NCBI GenBank assembly: GCA_038087875.1
Contig: JAXLNO010004175.1
Location: forward strand, 1 to 64,000
From: Malacoraja senta
Taxonomy: Eukaryota
Length of the DNA stretch: 64,000 nt
Direction: 5' to 3'
In this document: positions 49,399-61,439 of the stretch, piece after piece
Numbering within the stretch: the first letter of the stretch is position 1
Layout of the letters: each line of letters starts with the position of its first letter
Made by a program: the position numbers and the translations under genes
The notes under the pieces: generated by a model
What the model was told of the DNA's origin: nothing
Databases searched by the model: none
Seen by the model: only the letters and a program-made list of their open reading frames with translations

Positions 49399-52300
49399 TA
49401 ACCATAACCATAACCATAACAGCACAGAAACAGGCCATCTCGGCCCTTCAAGTCCGTGCCGAACACTTTTTTTTAAAATTAATTGTTTTATTTTTAAACT
49501 TCCCCCTAGTCCCATCTACCTGCACTCAGACCATAACCCTCCATTCCTTTCCCGTCTATATACCCATCCAATCTATTTTTAAAGGATAACATCGAACCTG
49601 CCTCCACCACTTCCACTGGAAGCTCATTCCACACATCTACCACTCTCTGAGTAAAGAAGTTCCCCCTAATGTTACCCCTAAACTTCTGTCCCTTAATTCT
49701 CAAGTCATGTCCCCTTGTTTGAATCTTCCCTACTCTCAATGGGAAAAGCTTATCCACGTCCACTCTGTCTAACCCGCTCATTATTTTAAAGACCTCTATC
49801 AAGTCCCCTCTTAACCTTCTGCGCTCCAAAGAATAAAGACCTAACTTGTTCAACCTTTCTCTGTAACTTAGTTGCTGAAACATAGAAACATAGAAACATA
49901 GAAATTAGGTGCAGGAGTAGGCCATTCGGCCCTTCGAGCCTGCACCGCCATTCAATATGATCATGGCTGATCATCCAACTCAGTATCCCGTACCTGCCTT
50001 CTCTCCATACCCTCTGATCCCTTTAGCCACAAGGGCCACATCTAACTCCCTCTTAAATATAGCCAATGAACTGGCCTCGACTACCCTCTGTGGCAGAGAG
50101 TTCCAGAGATTCACCACTCTCTGTGTGAAAAAAGTTCTTCTCATCTCGGTTTTAAAGGATTTCCCCCTTATCCTTAAGCTGTGACCCCTTGTCCTGGACT
50201 TCCCCAACATCGGGAGCAATCTTCCTGCATCTAGCCTGTCCAACCCCTTAAGAATTTTGTAAGTTTCTATAAGATCCCCTCTCAATCTCATAAATTCTAG
50301 AGAGTATAAACCAAGTCTATCCAGTCTTTCTTCATAAGACAGTCCTGACATCCCAGGAATCAGTCTGGTGAACCTTCTCTGCACTCCCTCTATGGCAATA
50401 ATGTCCTTCCTCAGATTTGGAGACCAAAACTGTACGCAATACTCCAGGTGTGGTCTCACCAAGACCCTGTACAACTGCAGTAGAACCTCCCTGCTCCTAT
50501 ACTCAAATCCTTTTGCTATGAAAGCTAACATACCATTCGCTTTCTTCACTGCCTGCTGCACCTGCATGCCTACTTTCAATGACTGGTGTACCATGACACC
50601 CAGGTCTCGCTGCATCTCCCCTTTTCCTAGTCGGCCACCATTTAGATAATAGTCTGCTTTCCTGTTTTTGCCACCAAAATGGATAACCTCACATTTATCC
50701 ACATTATACTGCATCTGCCAAACATTTGCCCACTCACCCAGCCTATCCAAGTCACCTTGCAGTCTCCTAGCATCCTCCTCACAGCTAACACTGCCCCCCA
50801 GCTTAGTGTCATCTGCAAACTTGGAGATATTGCCTTCAATTCCCTCATCCAGATCATTAATACATATTGTAAATAGCTGGGGTCCCAGCACTGAGCCTTG
50901 CGGTACCCCACTAGTCACTGCCTGCCATTGTGAAAAGGACCCGTTTACTCCTACTCTTTGCTTCCTGTTTGCCAGCCAGTTCTCTATCCACATCAATGCT
51001 GAACCCCCAATGCCATGTGCTTTAAGTTTGTATACTAATCTCTTATGTGGGACCTTGTCGAAAGCCTTCTGGAAGTCCAGATACACCACATCCACTAGTT
51101 CTCCCCTATCCACGCTACTAGTTACATCCTCGAAAAATTCTATAAGATTCGTCAGACATGATTTACCTTTCGTAAATCCATGCTGACCATCTTAACCAAC
51201 CTTCCATGAGGAACCTTGTCAAAGGCCTTACTGAAGTCCATACAGACAACATCCACTGCTTTACCCTCATCAATTTCCCTAGTAACCTCTTCGAAAAATT
51301 CAAGAAGATTTGTCAAACATGACCTTCCAGGCACAAATCCATGTTGACTGTTCCTAATCAGACCCTGCTTATCCAGATGCTTATATATATTATCTTTAAG
51401 TATCCTTTCCATTAATTTGCCCACTACTGACGTCAAACTAACAGGTCTATAATTGCTAGGTTTACTCTTAGAACCCTTTTTAAACAACAGAACAACATGC
51501 GCAGTACGCCAAGCCTCCGGCACTATTCCCGTTTCTAATGACATTTGAAATATTTCTGTCATAGCTCCTGCTATTTCTACACTAACTTCCCTCAATGTCC
51601 TAGGGAATATCCTGTCAGGACCTGGAGACTTATCCATTTTCATATTTTTCAAAAGTGTCCGCACCTCCTCTTCTTTGAATTTCATAGTTTCCATTGCTAC
51701 TCTGCTTGTTTCCCTTACCTCACATAATTCCATATCCTTCTCCTTGGTGAATACCGAAGAAAAGAAATTGTTCAATATCTCCCCCATCTCTTTTGGATCT
51801 GCAGATAGCTGTCCACTCTGACTCTCTAATGGACCAATTTTATTCCTTGTTATCCTTTTGCTATTAATATAGGTGTAGAAACCCTTTGTATTTACTTTCA
51901 CATTACTTGCCAAAGCAACCTCATATCTTCTTTTAGCTTTTCTAAATTCTTTCTTAATATTCTTTTTACATTCTTTATACTCCTCAAGCACCTCATTTAC
52001 TCCATGCTGCCTATAATTATTGTAGATCTCTCTCTTTTTCCGAACCAAGTGTCCAATTTCCCTTGAAAACCATGGCTCTTTCCAATTTTTACTATTTCCT
52101 TTCAACCGAACAGGGACATAAAGATTCTGTACTCTTAAAATGTCACCTTTAAATGTCCTCCATTTCTCTTCTACATCCATCCCATAAAACAACATGTCCC
52201 AATTCACTCCTTTTAAATCCTTTCGCATCTCCTCAAAGTTAGCCTTTCTCCAATCAAAAATCTCAACCCTAGGTCCAGTTCTGACCCTCTCCATAATTAT

Positions 52301-53720
52301 ATTGAAACTAATGGTATTGTGATCACTGGACCCGAAGTGGTCCCCGACACATACCTCCGCCACCTGCCCTGTCTCGTTTCCTAACAGGAGGTCCAGCACT
52401 GCCCCTTCTCTAGTAGGTACCTCTATGTATTGCTGCAAAAAACTATCCTGCATACATTTTATTCTCTGTTTATTATCTTTTTCTTCTTTCTCCCCTACAT
52501 TTTGGGTCCGAGTGCTTCCCTTCTCTGCCTCCTGCCTCCCACATTTTCTACTAGCTTTCACTATTTGAGTCCCTCCCCCCAACCGTTCTAGTTTAAAGTC
52601 TCCCCAGTAGCCTTTGCAAATCTCCCCGCCAGGATATTGGTCCCCCTCGGGTTCAAGTGCAACCCGTCCTTTCTGTACCGGTGACACCTTCCCCAAAAGA
52701 GGTCCCAATGATCCAGAAATTTGAATCCCTGCCCGCTGCACCAGTTCCTCAGTCACGCATTTATCCTCCACCTCATTCCATTCCTACTCTCACAGTCGCG
52801 TGGCACAGGTAGTAATCCTGAGATTGTTACCTTTGCGGTCCTTCTCCTTAACTCTCCACCCAACTCCCTAAATTCTCCTTTCAGGACCTCTTCTCTTTTT
52901 CTGCCTATGTCATTGGTACCTATATGTACCACAACCTCAGGCTCCTCTCCCTCCGATTTCAGGATATCTTGGACGCGTTCAGACACATCCCTGACCCTGG
53001 CACCAGGGAGGCAAACTACCATCCGGGTCTCCTGACTGCGTCCACAGAATCGCCTATCCGACCCCCTAACCATAGAGTCCCCTATTACTATTGCCCTCCT
53101 CTTCTTTTCCCTACCTTTCTGAGCAACAGGGCCGGTCACTGTGCCGGAGGCCTGGCCGCTGTCGCTACCCCCAGGAAGGCTGTCCCCCCCAACAGTACTC
53201 AAACAGGAGTACTTATTGCCAAGGTGTACAGCCACCGGGGTACTCATTAGTCCCTGCCTCTGCCCCTTGCCCTTCCTAACCGTGACCCACTTGTCCGCCG
53301 CCCTTGGTCTTGGAGTGACCACCTCCCTATAACTCCTTTCTATGACCTCATCACTCTCCCTGATCAGACAGAGGTCATCGAGCTGCTGCTCCAGGTTCCT
53401 AGCACGGTCCCTTAGGAACCCCATCTCGACACACCTGGCACAGATGTGGATGTCTGGAGGGGTATCAGACTCCATGACCTCCCACATCTGACATCCAGAA
53501 CAGTAAACTGCCCTGGCACTTATTCTCCCCCCTTACCTTGGATACAATACAAACTGGTGGAGGAAATCAGCAGGGATCTGACTCCCAATCAGCTGCTTCC
53601 TCTTAGTCCTCTTCCACCAATCAGCTGCTTCCTCTTATTCCTCTTCCACCAATCAGCTGCTTCCTCTTAGTCCTCTTCCACCAATGAGCTGCTTCCTCAC
53701 TTATAGGAAACCTGAATGTA
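49399..53720 (-). mobile_element. CR1 family B including ORF1 (52753-53487: CxxC and SGNH/GDSL esterase) and 5' UTR with 32-bp repeats; has internal deletions and a CR1-A insertion
   Basis: ORF1 reads ICARC...VIGDSMVRG...CLPGARV...VHIGTND. RT pieces at 49506-49883 and 51152-52450. AATCAGCTGCTTCCTCTT repeats at 53585-53700. Confidence 0.9.
49882..51187 (-). mobile_element. Young CR1 family A insertion into CR1-B
   Basis: Uninterrupted ORF 49980-51113 and catagaaa tail; replaces ~680 bp of CR1-B. Confidence 0.92.
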
Positions 53721-53744
53721 ACGTTGCAGTTTTTGGTTCAACGG

Positions 53745-53915
53745 TCCCTGGGCCTCTGGAAAGTAAAGCCCCGCGCCGTTTATGTTCTCACCACCCGGAC
53801 GCCGCTCCTCCTCCAGCAACGGTCCCTGGGCCTCTGGAAAGTAAAGCCCCAGCGCCGTTTATGTTCTCACCACCCGGACGCCGCTCCTCCTCCTGCAACG
53901 GTACCTGGGCCTCAC
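53745..53915. repeat. ~79-bp direct repeat (2 copies plus a partial)
   Basis: CAACGGTCCCTGGGCCTCTGGAAAGTAAAGCCCC...GACGCCGCTCCTCCTCC repeated. Confidence 0.85.
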
Positions 53916-54570
53916 ATATTCTGTCTAACACCCGATCATTCAACCTCTCCTTCCTGCCATGGTCCAAGCCACCCCTCCCTCTCTCTCACCCTCCATTCAA
54001 AGTAACATGGGTAGGTCATCTGGCCCCTCATGTCTCCCCCCATTCAGTATGATCATGGCGACTCCACCCCACACCTCTATCTCCTCTCTAACAACTTCAA
54101 ATTACCAAAGGTAAGATTATTAAGGGATTGGACCAGCTAGAGGCAGGGAACATGTTCCCGATGTTGGGGGCATCCAGACCCAGGAGCCATAATTTATAGC
54201 GGAGATGAGGAAAAACCTTTTCACCCAGAAAGTTGTGAATCTATGGAATTCTGTGGCTCAGAAGGCGGTGGAGGCCAATTCTCTGGATGCTTACAAGAGA
54301 GAGTTAGATAGAGCTTTTAAAGATAGCGGAGTCAGGGGATATATTGAGAGGGCAGGAATGGGCTACTGAAAGTGGATGATCAGCCATGATCACAGTGAAG
54401 GGCGGTGCTGGCTCGAAGGACCGAATGGCCTACTCCTGTGCCTATTGTTTATTGTCCTGACCAGTTGAGAAACTCCGGGAAAGATATCAGCTGTCCGCCC
54501 GCATGTGCCCAAGTATCCCCCCCCCCCACCGACCCCCGGGGACTCTCTGATTCTCTGCTTCTCCCCCCAG

Positions 54571-55291
54571 TCTCCGGCACCCTGGATGTGGAAACAGCGC
54601 AAGAGCAGCTCGAGGTGTCTGAAGATCGGAAGAGGGTGAGATGGACCCGGACCCGTAGGGGTCTCCCTGACACCGGGAAGAGGTTTACGGTGTATGCATG
54701 TGTGCTGGGATCGGAGGGATTCACATCGGGGAGACATTACTGGGAGGTGGAGGTGGTGTGGAGTCGGCGCTGGAGTCTGGGAGTCGCCGCAGAGTCTGTG
54801 GAGAGGAAGAGACCGGTCACACTGACCCCGGAGACTGGAGTCTGGATCATCGGGTGGAGGGATGACAAGTTTAATGCCTTCACCTCCCCTCCATCCCCTC
54901 TCCCCGCCCGTCCCATCCCCGGGAGGTGGGAGTTTATCTCAGTTATGAGTCCGGGACAGTTTCATTTTACGATGCGGACACCAAGTGCCATCTCCACACC
55001 TTCACTGGGAACAAATTCACGGAGAAACTTTATCCTTTCTTCGGGTCTTCCGATGGAAACTGGCTGAGAATCTGCTCCGGTTCCGCACCGGGTGTGTCAA
55101 TGGGTCGGGTCCCGGGACCGGCGTCAGGAGCGGGGCTCAGCCAGGGACTGTGGGGCAGAAACCCGGTGGACAACAGGTCGGCGCTGAACGAACGGCTCCC
55201 ATTTAATCCACAAATTCCGCGTTGTGAAACAAACCCCAGTGAGCGCGAAAATAAAACCAGGGGGAATATAAATGTGGGAAGAGTGAAATAA
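54571..55291 (+). pseudogene. TRIM terminal exon, PRY-SPRY (B30.2), with a 1-bp frameshift at ~54925
   Basis: ctccccccag acceptor. (V)SGTLDVETA...LEVSED...FTSGRHYWEVEV...W.LGVA, shifts at AGG|GTG, then VGVYLSYESGTVSFYDA...HLHTF...LYPFF. AATAAA at 55287. Confidence 0.88.
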
Positions 55292-55414
55292 ACAGCAACG
55301 CAAATCAGAGCTGTCTGTCTGTCGATCCGTTCATTTTAACGCGTTAACCGCGTCCGGCAACGGAACAGAAATTACTTTTGTGAAAATGTAAAGATTGAAA
55401 GATATATAAAGATT

Positions 55415-56487
55415 CTCTATGTGGATAGAGAACTGGCTGGCAGACAGGAAGCAAAGAGTAGGAGTAAACGGGTCCTTTTCAGAATGGCAGGCAGTGACTA
55501 GTGGGGTACCGCAAGGCTCAGTGCTGGGACCCCAGCTATTTACAATATATATTAATGATCTGGATGAGGGAATTGAATGCAACATCTCCAAGTTCGCGGA
55601 TGACACGAAGCTGGGGGGCAGTGTTAGCTGTGAGGAGGATGCTAGGAGGCTGCAAGGTGAGTTGGATAGGTTGGGTATATGGGCAAATGCATGGCAGATG
55701 CAGTGTAATGTGGATAAATGTGAGGTTATCCACTTTGGTGGCAAGAACAGGAAAGTAGACTTATCTGAATGGTGGCCGATTAGGAAAAGGGGAGATGCAA
55801 CGAGACCTGGGTGTCATGGTACACCAGTCATTGAAAGTAGACATGCAGGTGCAGCATGCAGTGAAGAAAGCGAATGGTATGTTAGCATTCATAGCAAAAG
55901 GAGGTTCTACTGCAGGGTGGTTCTACTGCAGTTGTACAGGGTCTTGGTGAGACCTTTTGGTCTCCTAATCTGAGGAAAGACATTCTTGCCATCGAGGGAG
56001 TACAGAGAAGGTTCACCAGACTGAATCCTGGGATGGCAGGACTTTCATATGAAGAAAGACTGGATAAACTCGGCTTGTACTCGCTAGAATTTAGAAGATT
56101 GAGGCGGGTTATCTTATAGAAACATACAAAATTCTTAAGGGGTTGGACAGGCTAGATGCAGGAAGATTATTCCCGATGTTGGGGAAGTCCAGTACAAGGG
56201 GTTACAGTTTAAGGATAACGGGGAAGTATTTTAGGACCGAGATGAGAAAATAATTTTTTACACAGAGAGTGGAGAATCTGTGGAATTCTCTGCCACAGAA
56301 GGTAGTTGAAGCCAGTTCATTGGCTATATTTAAGACAGAGTTAGATGTGGTCTTTGTGGCTAAAGGGATCAGGGGGTATGGAGAGAAGGCAGGTACAGGA
56401 TACTGAGTTGGATGATCATATTGAATGGCGGTGCAGGCTCGAAGGGCCGAATGGCCTACTCCTGCACCTATTTTCTATGTTTCTATG
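55415..56487 (+). mobile_element. CR1 family A, 5'-truncated, frameshifted
   Basis: ORF 55419-55973 (QGSVLGP, FADD) and a TTTCTATG tail. Confidence 0.9.
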
Positions 56488-56789
56488 AAACAATCGCCCT
56501 CCCCGCGGGTTCAGCAGCAGCCGCGGGCGGCGGGTCCTGAGCTCCGGGCTCCCCCGGGTCCTAAAGTCCGCCGAATATTGGAATTATAGCGAGTTTGCAG
56601 CATTTGCTCTCCACACAACAGATTCGTTTTCTTCGGAACGGATCTTTGGAAGAATGGGTTCAAGCTGAAGGAGGGAGGAAATTGGGATAAACTTTGTTTT
56701 GACAGCCAATGAGTGGGTGCTTCGAGCTGCCCACGACATTAACATCATTTAATGATTTAACGGGCAGTTGTAATACATCAGTCATTGCA

Positions 56790-57122
56790 AGGTGGGGCAG
56801 TGATAGAGTTGCCTCACAGACGCAGAGACCCGGGTTCGATCCCGACTACAGGTACTGTCTGTACGGAGTTTGTACCTTCTCCCCGTGACCTGCATGTTTT
56901 TTCTCTGAGATCATCTGTTATATTTTGTTGTGCTCAGCAAGTAAGAATTTCATTGTTCTATCTGGGACATATGACAATAAAATACTCTTGCCTCTTGACG
57001 TACAGATTTGTAGTTTAAGTGGCCTTGGTGTAAATGTAAATTGTCCCTCGTGTGTGTAGGATAGTGCTAATGTGCGGGGATCGCTGATCGGCGCGGACTC
57101 CGTGGGCCGAAGGGCCTGTTTC
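56790..57122 (+). mobile_element. HE1-type SINE with an internal Rex-like tail fragment
   Basis: Head AGAGTTGCCTCACAG...CCCGGGTTCGATCCC and tail GGGCCGAAGGGCCTGTTT; ATGACAATAAA insert at ~56930-57000. Confidence 0.7.
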
Positions 57123-59810
57123 TCATCATCATAACCATACTTTATTAGCCAAGTCTGTTTTGCAACATACGATGAATTTCATTTGCCATACAGTCATACT
57201 ATTAAAAAGCAAAAGAACACACAACATAAATTTTAACATAAACATCCACCACAGTGACTCCTCCACATTTCCCACTGTGATGGAAGGTGAAAAAAAGTTC
57301 AATCTCTCCCTTCTTTGTCTAAATAAATATTAGTGTCAAGAATGATTTATTGCCATGTCCCCCAAACAGAACAATGAAATACTTGCTTGCAGAAGCACAC
57401 GGCTCTGTAAAATGGCCCCAGGATACACATAAAAAACATCAGTGTATATAAAAACAAACACACATGAATAAATAGTAAATGGTAGTTCAAAGTCAAAAAA
57501 TAATTCCCCCAAGTTTATATAGTTTGGAATGTATTTGTAGGTTGGAGTGTTTAATAACCTGATGGATGTATGGCCAATGCAGTTTTCAGGCTCCTGTACC
57601 TACTTCCCGATGGTAGCAGCGAGATGAGAGCGTGGCCAGGGTGGTGTGGGTCTCTGATGATGCTGGCTGCCTTTTTGAGACAGCGCCTCCTGTAGATCCC
57701 TCAGATTCCTATTGAATCTTTCGCCCTTCACCTTGAACCTATGTCCTCTGGTCCACGATTCCCCTACTCTGGGCAAGAGACTCTGTGCGTCTACCTGATC
57801 TATTCCTCTCATGGTTTTATACACCTCTGTAAGATCAATACACCTCTAGAACATCAGATGCCCACACAGATTTTGTCGGTTGACGGACAGGGGAAAGAGA
57901 GGGAGGGGTGGGGTGGGGAGATGACTGGAAATTTGAGTGCACACATTTCTGTCAACATCTCCCACCCCTCCCCAGTCACCCTGCTCCTTTCCCCTCTTCC
58001 ACCCGCTTATCTCCCATCTCCAAGACCCCAATTTCCCTGTTATCCACCCCCACCCATCACGCTCCATCCCTCCCATCACTTAAGATCGCCACAAAAGCTG
58101 GAGTAACTCAGGCAGCATCTCTGGAGAGAGTGAATGGGCGACGTTTCGGGTCGAGATTTTTCTTCTACCCATTCCTTCTCTCCAGAGATGCTGCTTGTCC
58201 CGCTGAGTTACTCCAGCATTTTGTGTCTAACTTTGGTTTAAACCCGTATCTGCAGTTCCTTCCTATACAAAATTATGATATATCCCCTATCTTTCCAGAG
58301 TTATAGAGGACCAATAAGTCGGAGTGGGAGTAGGATTGAGAATTACAGTGACCGACAACGGGAAGTTCAGGGTGGTCGCATGGAGTAAACGCAGGTGGTC
58401 ACCCAACCAGCGTTTGATATCTACAATGAAATCATCTTTGAGTTAAAAATGTGTAGGAAGGAACTACAGATCATGTATTATGACGGAGTGGCGGGGTGGA
58501 GGTTCAGAGAGAAGGGTGGGTGGGGGGTCGATGAGGTATGAAGAAGGGTCTCGACCAGGTCCGTCACCCATTCCTTCTTTCCAGAGGCGACTGCCAGTCC
58601 CGCTGAGCTACTCCAGCATTTCGTGTCGATCTTGAAGTTAAAAACACAGCTCTGTTAACAAACTGGCGGGACTGACATACTGTATGATAAAAGAATGGGT
58701 CGACTGGGCTTGTATTCACTGGAATTTAGAAGGATGAGAGGGGGAGCTTATAGAAACATTTTACATTCTTCAGGGATTAGACAGGCTAGAGGCAGGAAAC
58801 ATGTTGCCGATGTTGGGGGAGTCCAGAACCAGGGGTCACAGTTTAAGTATAAGGGGTAGGCCATTTACAACGGAGATGTGGAAAAACTTCTTCACCCAGA
58901 CAGTTGTGAATCTGTGGAATTCTCTCCCACGGTGGACAGTGGAGGCCGGTTCTCTGGATGTTTTCAAGAGAATTAGATATAGCTCTTAGGGCTAACGGAA
59001 TCAAGGGATATGGGAGAAAAAGCAGGAACGGTGCACTGATTTTAGATGATCAGCCATGACCATATTGAATGGCGGTGCTATATCGAGGCGCCGAATGGCC
59101 TACTACTGCACTATTTTCTATGTTTTTATGACCCGCTGAGTTACTCCAGCACGTTGTGTCAGTCCAGAGTCATAGAGTGATACAGTGTAGAAACAGGCCC
59201 GTCGGCCCAACTTGCCCACACGGGCCAACATGTTCCAGCTGCTCCATTCCCACCTGCCTGCGCTTGGTCCATATCCCTCCAAACCTGTCCTATCCATTTA
59301 ACTGTTTTTTTAAACGATGGGATATTCCCAGCCTCAACCACCTGCTCTGGCGTCTATCTGAAGAAAGGTCTCGACCGCAAACGTCACCCTTTCCTTCTCT
59401 CCAGAGATGCTGGCTGTCCCGCTGAGTTACTCCAGCTGTTTGTGCCAATCTTCGGTTTAAACCAGCATCTGCAGTTCCTTCATACACATACCTCCTCTGG
59501 CAGCCTGTTCCATACACCCATCATCATTTGTGGGAAAAAGTTACCCCTCGGATTCTTAGCAACCTTTTTCCCTTCACTTTGAACCTATGTCTGGTCCTCG
59601 ATTCCCACACTCTGGGCAAGAGACTGCATCCACCCAAATTCTGCGCTTTCGTCTATATTCAGGCCGGTTTAATGTCTAACTGACTCCTCCCTCATGTGAT
59701 TAGTTGGGAGTGGCCAGGACACTGAACACTTGCAGCCAAATAACATTCATTCCCCCGAGACGGCAGCGCGCGCAGTGGAAAACACTTTGAACCAGGAAGT
59801 GGAGGTTAAA

Positions 59811-60221
59811 ATGGCTGCGAAAGACATTTTCGAGAGTTTAACCGAGGAGGCAATTTGTCCCATCTGCCTGGATTTGTTCACCGATCCGGTGACACTGGAG
59901 TGTGGGCACAACTTCTGCCGCTCCTGTATCACACAGAGTTGGGACAGGGAGGGGAGAAACTCCTGCCCGGAATGTAGAGAGGAGTTTACAGACCGCACCC
60001 TCAGGGTTAGTCGGGCCTTGGCGAGTCTGTCTGAGAAAGCTCGAACACTGAGCCTCAATCAGACAGAGAAGGAAAGTAAACTTCAGTGCGAGGAACATCA
60101 GGAAGAACTGAAGCTGTTTTGTGAAACTGACAAGAAGCTGATCTGTGTGGTTTGTCGAGATGCGCGGGAACACAAGTCTCACAACTTCATGCCGGTTAAA
60201 GAAGCTGTTCAAATATACAAG
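59811..60221 (+). CDS. TRIM E3 ligase exon 1: RING (C3HC4) and B-box 2 (A33/TRIM39/TRIM27-like class)
   Basis: [40 protein letters not shown]...CPECR...[35 protein letters not shown]|gtaaat donor; no lesions. Confidence 0.95.
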
Positions 60222-60310
60222 GTAAATGCAAACCGATTTTAATCACATCATTTTAATTCCTTCTTTATTGTTCAACAGTTTAATTATCTAATTTTCAAAC
60301 ACAATCCCAG

Positions 60311-60406
60311 GATCAGGTGAAATCTTCCTTCGAATCTCTCACAAAAAAAGAATCAGAGATCCAGCGAATGGAGCAGCAACAGAAGCAGAAGATTTCTGGA
60401 GTTCTG
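60311..60406 (+). CDS. TRIM exon 2 (coiled coil, 96 nt)
   Basis: cccag|DQVKSSFESLTKKESEIQRMEQQQKQKISGVL|gtgagg; canonical 96-nt phase 0/0 exon. Confidence 0.9.
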
Positions 60407-60895
60407 GTGAGGCTTTCCAGTTTTGATTTCCTGATCTTGTGTAGATTTGATCCCTGTGATGCGTGTAATAATAGGGCAGCGCAGTGACACAAGTAGTGCT
60501 GCTGTCGCCTAGTTCTGGTGAGCGGGTTCGATCCTGACCTCGGGTGCTGCCCGTGTGGTTCACGCCTTCTCCCTGTGACCGCGTCGGTTTCCTTCCACGT
60601 CCCCAATACGCGCTGGTTCATGGTCAATCGGTGACTGTAAATTATCCCTGGGAAAGTGGGTGATGGGTGCATAAATGGGAATTAATGGGCACGTGAAAAG
60701 GAATTGGCAGCAGGGAATTGTATTGGGGTGGAGGATTGATGAGTTCTAAGATTACCGTCACGATATTTCAGAAGCATTTAGACAAATAATTGATTTGCCA
60801 AAGCAAATAAAAATGCACAGGACAAATGTCACGGTCAAAGTCATGATGAAACAATCAGTGACATTATATATTGATCTTCACCTTTCATTTCACAG

Positions 60896-61129
60896 GAACA
60901 GTCACACCACCTTCAGTCCAAGATCACATCCCAATTTGCTGAACAGCACAAGATTCTCATTGAGAAAGAGCAGCGCGCACTGGCAGATATCCGAGGGGAA
61001 GAGAAGAAGATTCTAAATACAATGGAGAAAAATCTTGGAGAGATTCAAGAGAATTTAAAATCTATTCAGGAGGAACTTTTAAAGCTGCAGCAACAGATGG
61101 ATCAAAAAGACAGTGTGGTGTTTCTGAAG
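60896..61129 (+). CDS. TRIM exon 3 (coiled coil, 234 nt)
   Basis: tttcacag|EQSHHLQSKITSQFAEQHKILIEKEQ...MDQKDSVVFLK|gtgagg; open frame, phase 0/0. Later exons lie beyond the window. Confidence 0.9.
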
Positions 61130-61439
61130 GTGAGGGGTTACACTCCAGTATGGTGAAGTGAAAGTGCACAGTCACAAAATGGTGGTTGACATTTCAGAAA
61201 TAAATGCTGCATTTATCAGTAATTCAGAACTAGTTAAATGTTTAATCTGTTTCAGCTGTTGTTGTTCCCAAACTAATTGGTCTCCCGCATAATCTATGGG
61301 ATCTCAAGACTGCCTGGCCGGAATGTAGGGAGGTGTTTGTGTTCTGTAGCGTTTAGAACAATGACGGGTGATCCTATATCTGATCCCAAGGACCACGAAT
61401 GGACAGAGGGCAGTGAATATCTGGGAGTCTCCAACCAAG

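Larger units (their letters stand above)
25161..52528. repeat. Three-copy tandem segmental duplication (units 25161-38132, 38133-45316, 45317-52528)
   Basis: Same order in each unit (LTR/MITE, TRIM exons 4-5, Penelope, CR1-A, Penelope tail, CR1-B). Identical junction TTCTCTGC|GTCGTGAAT at 38133 and 45317, offset 7184 bp. Confidence 0.93.

Noticed and set aside
59793-59801. ETS-like CAGGAAGTG just upstream of the TRIM ATG
   Set aside because: A single short motif is expected by chance, and the transcription start site is unknown.
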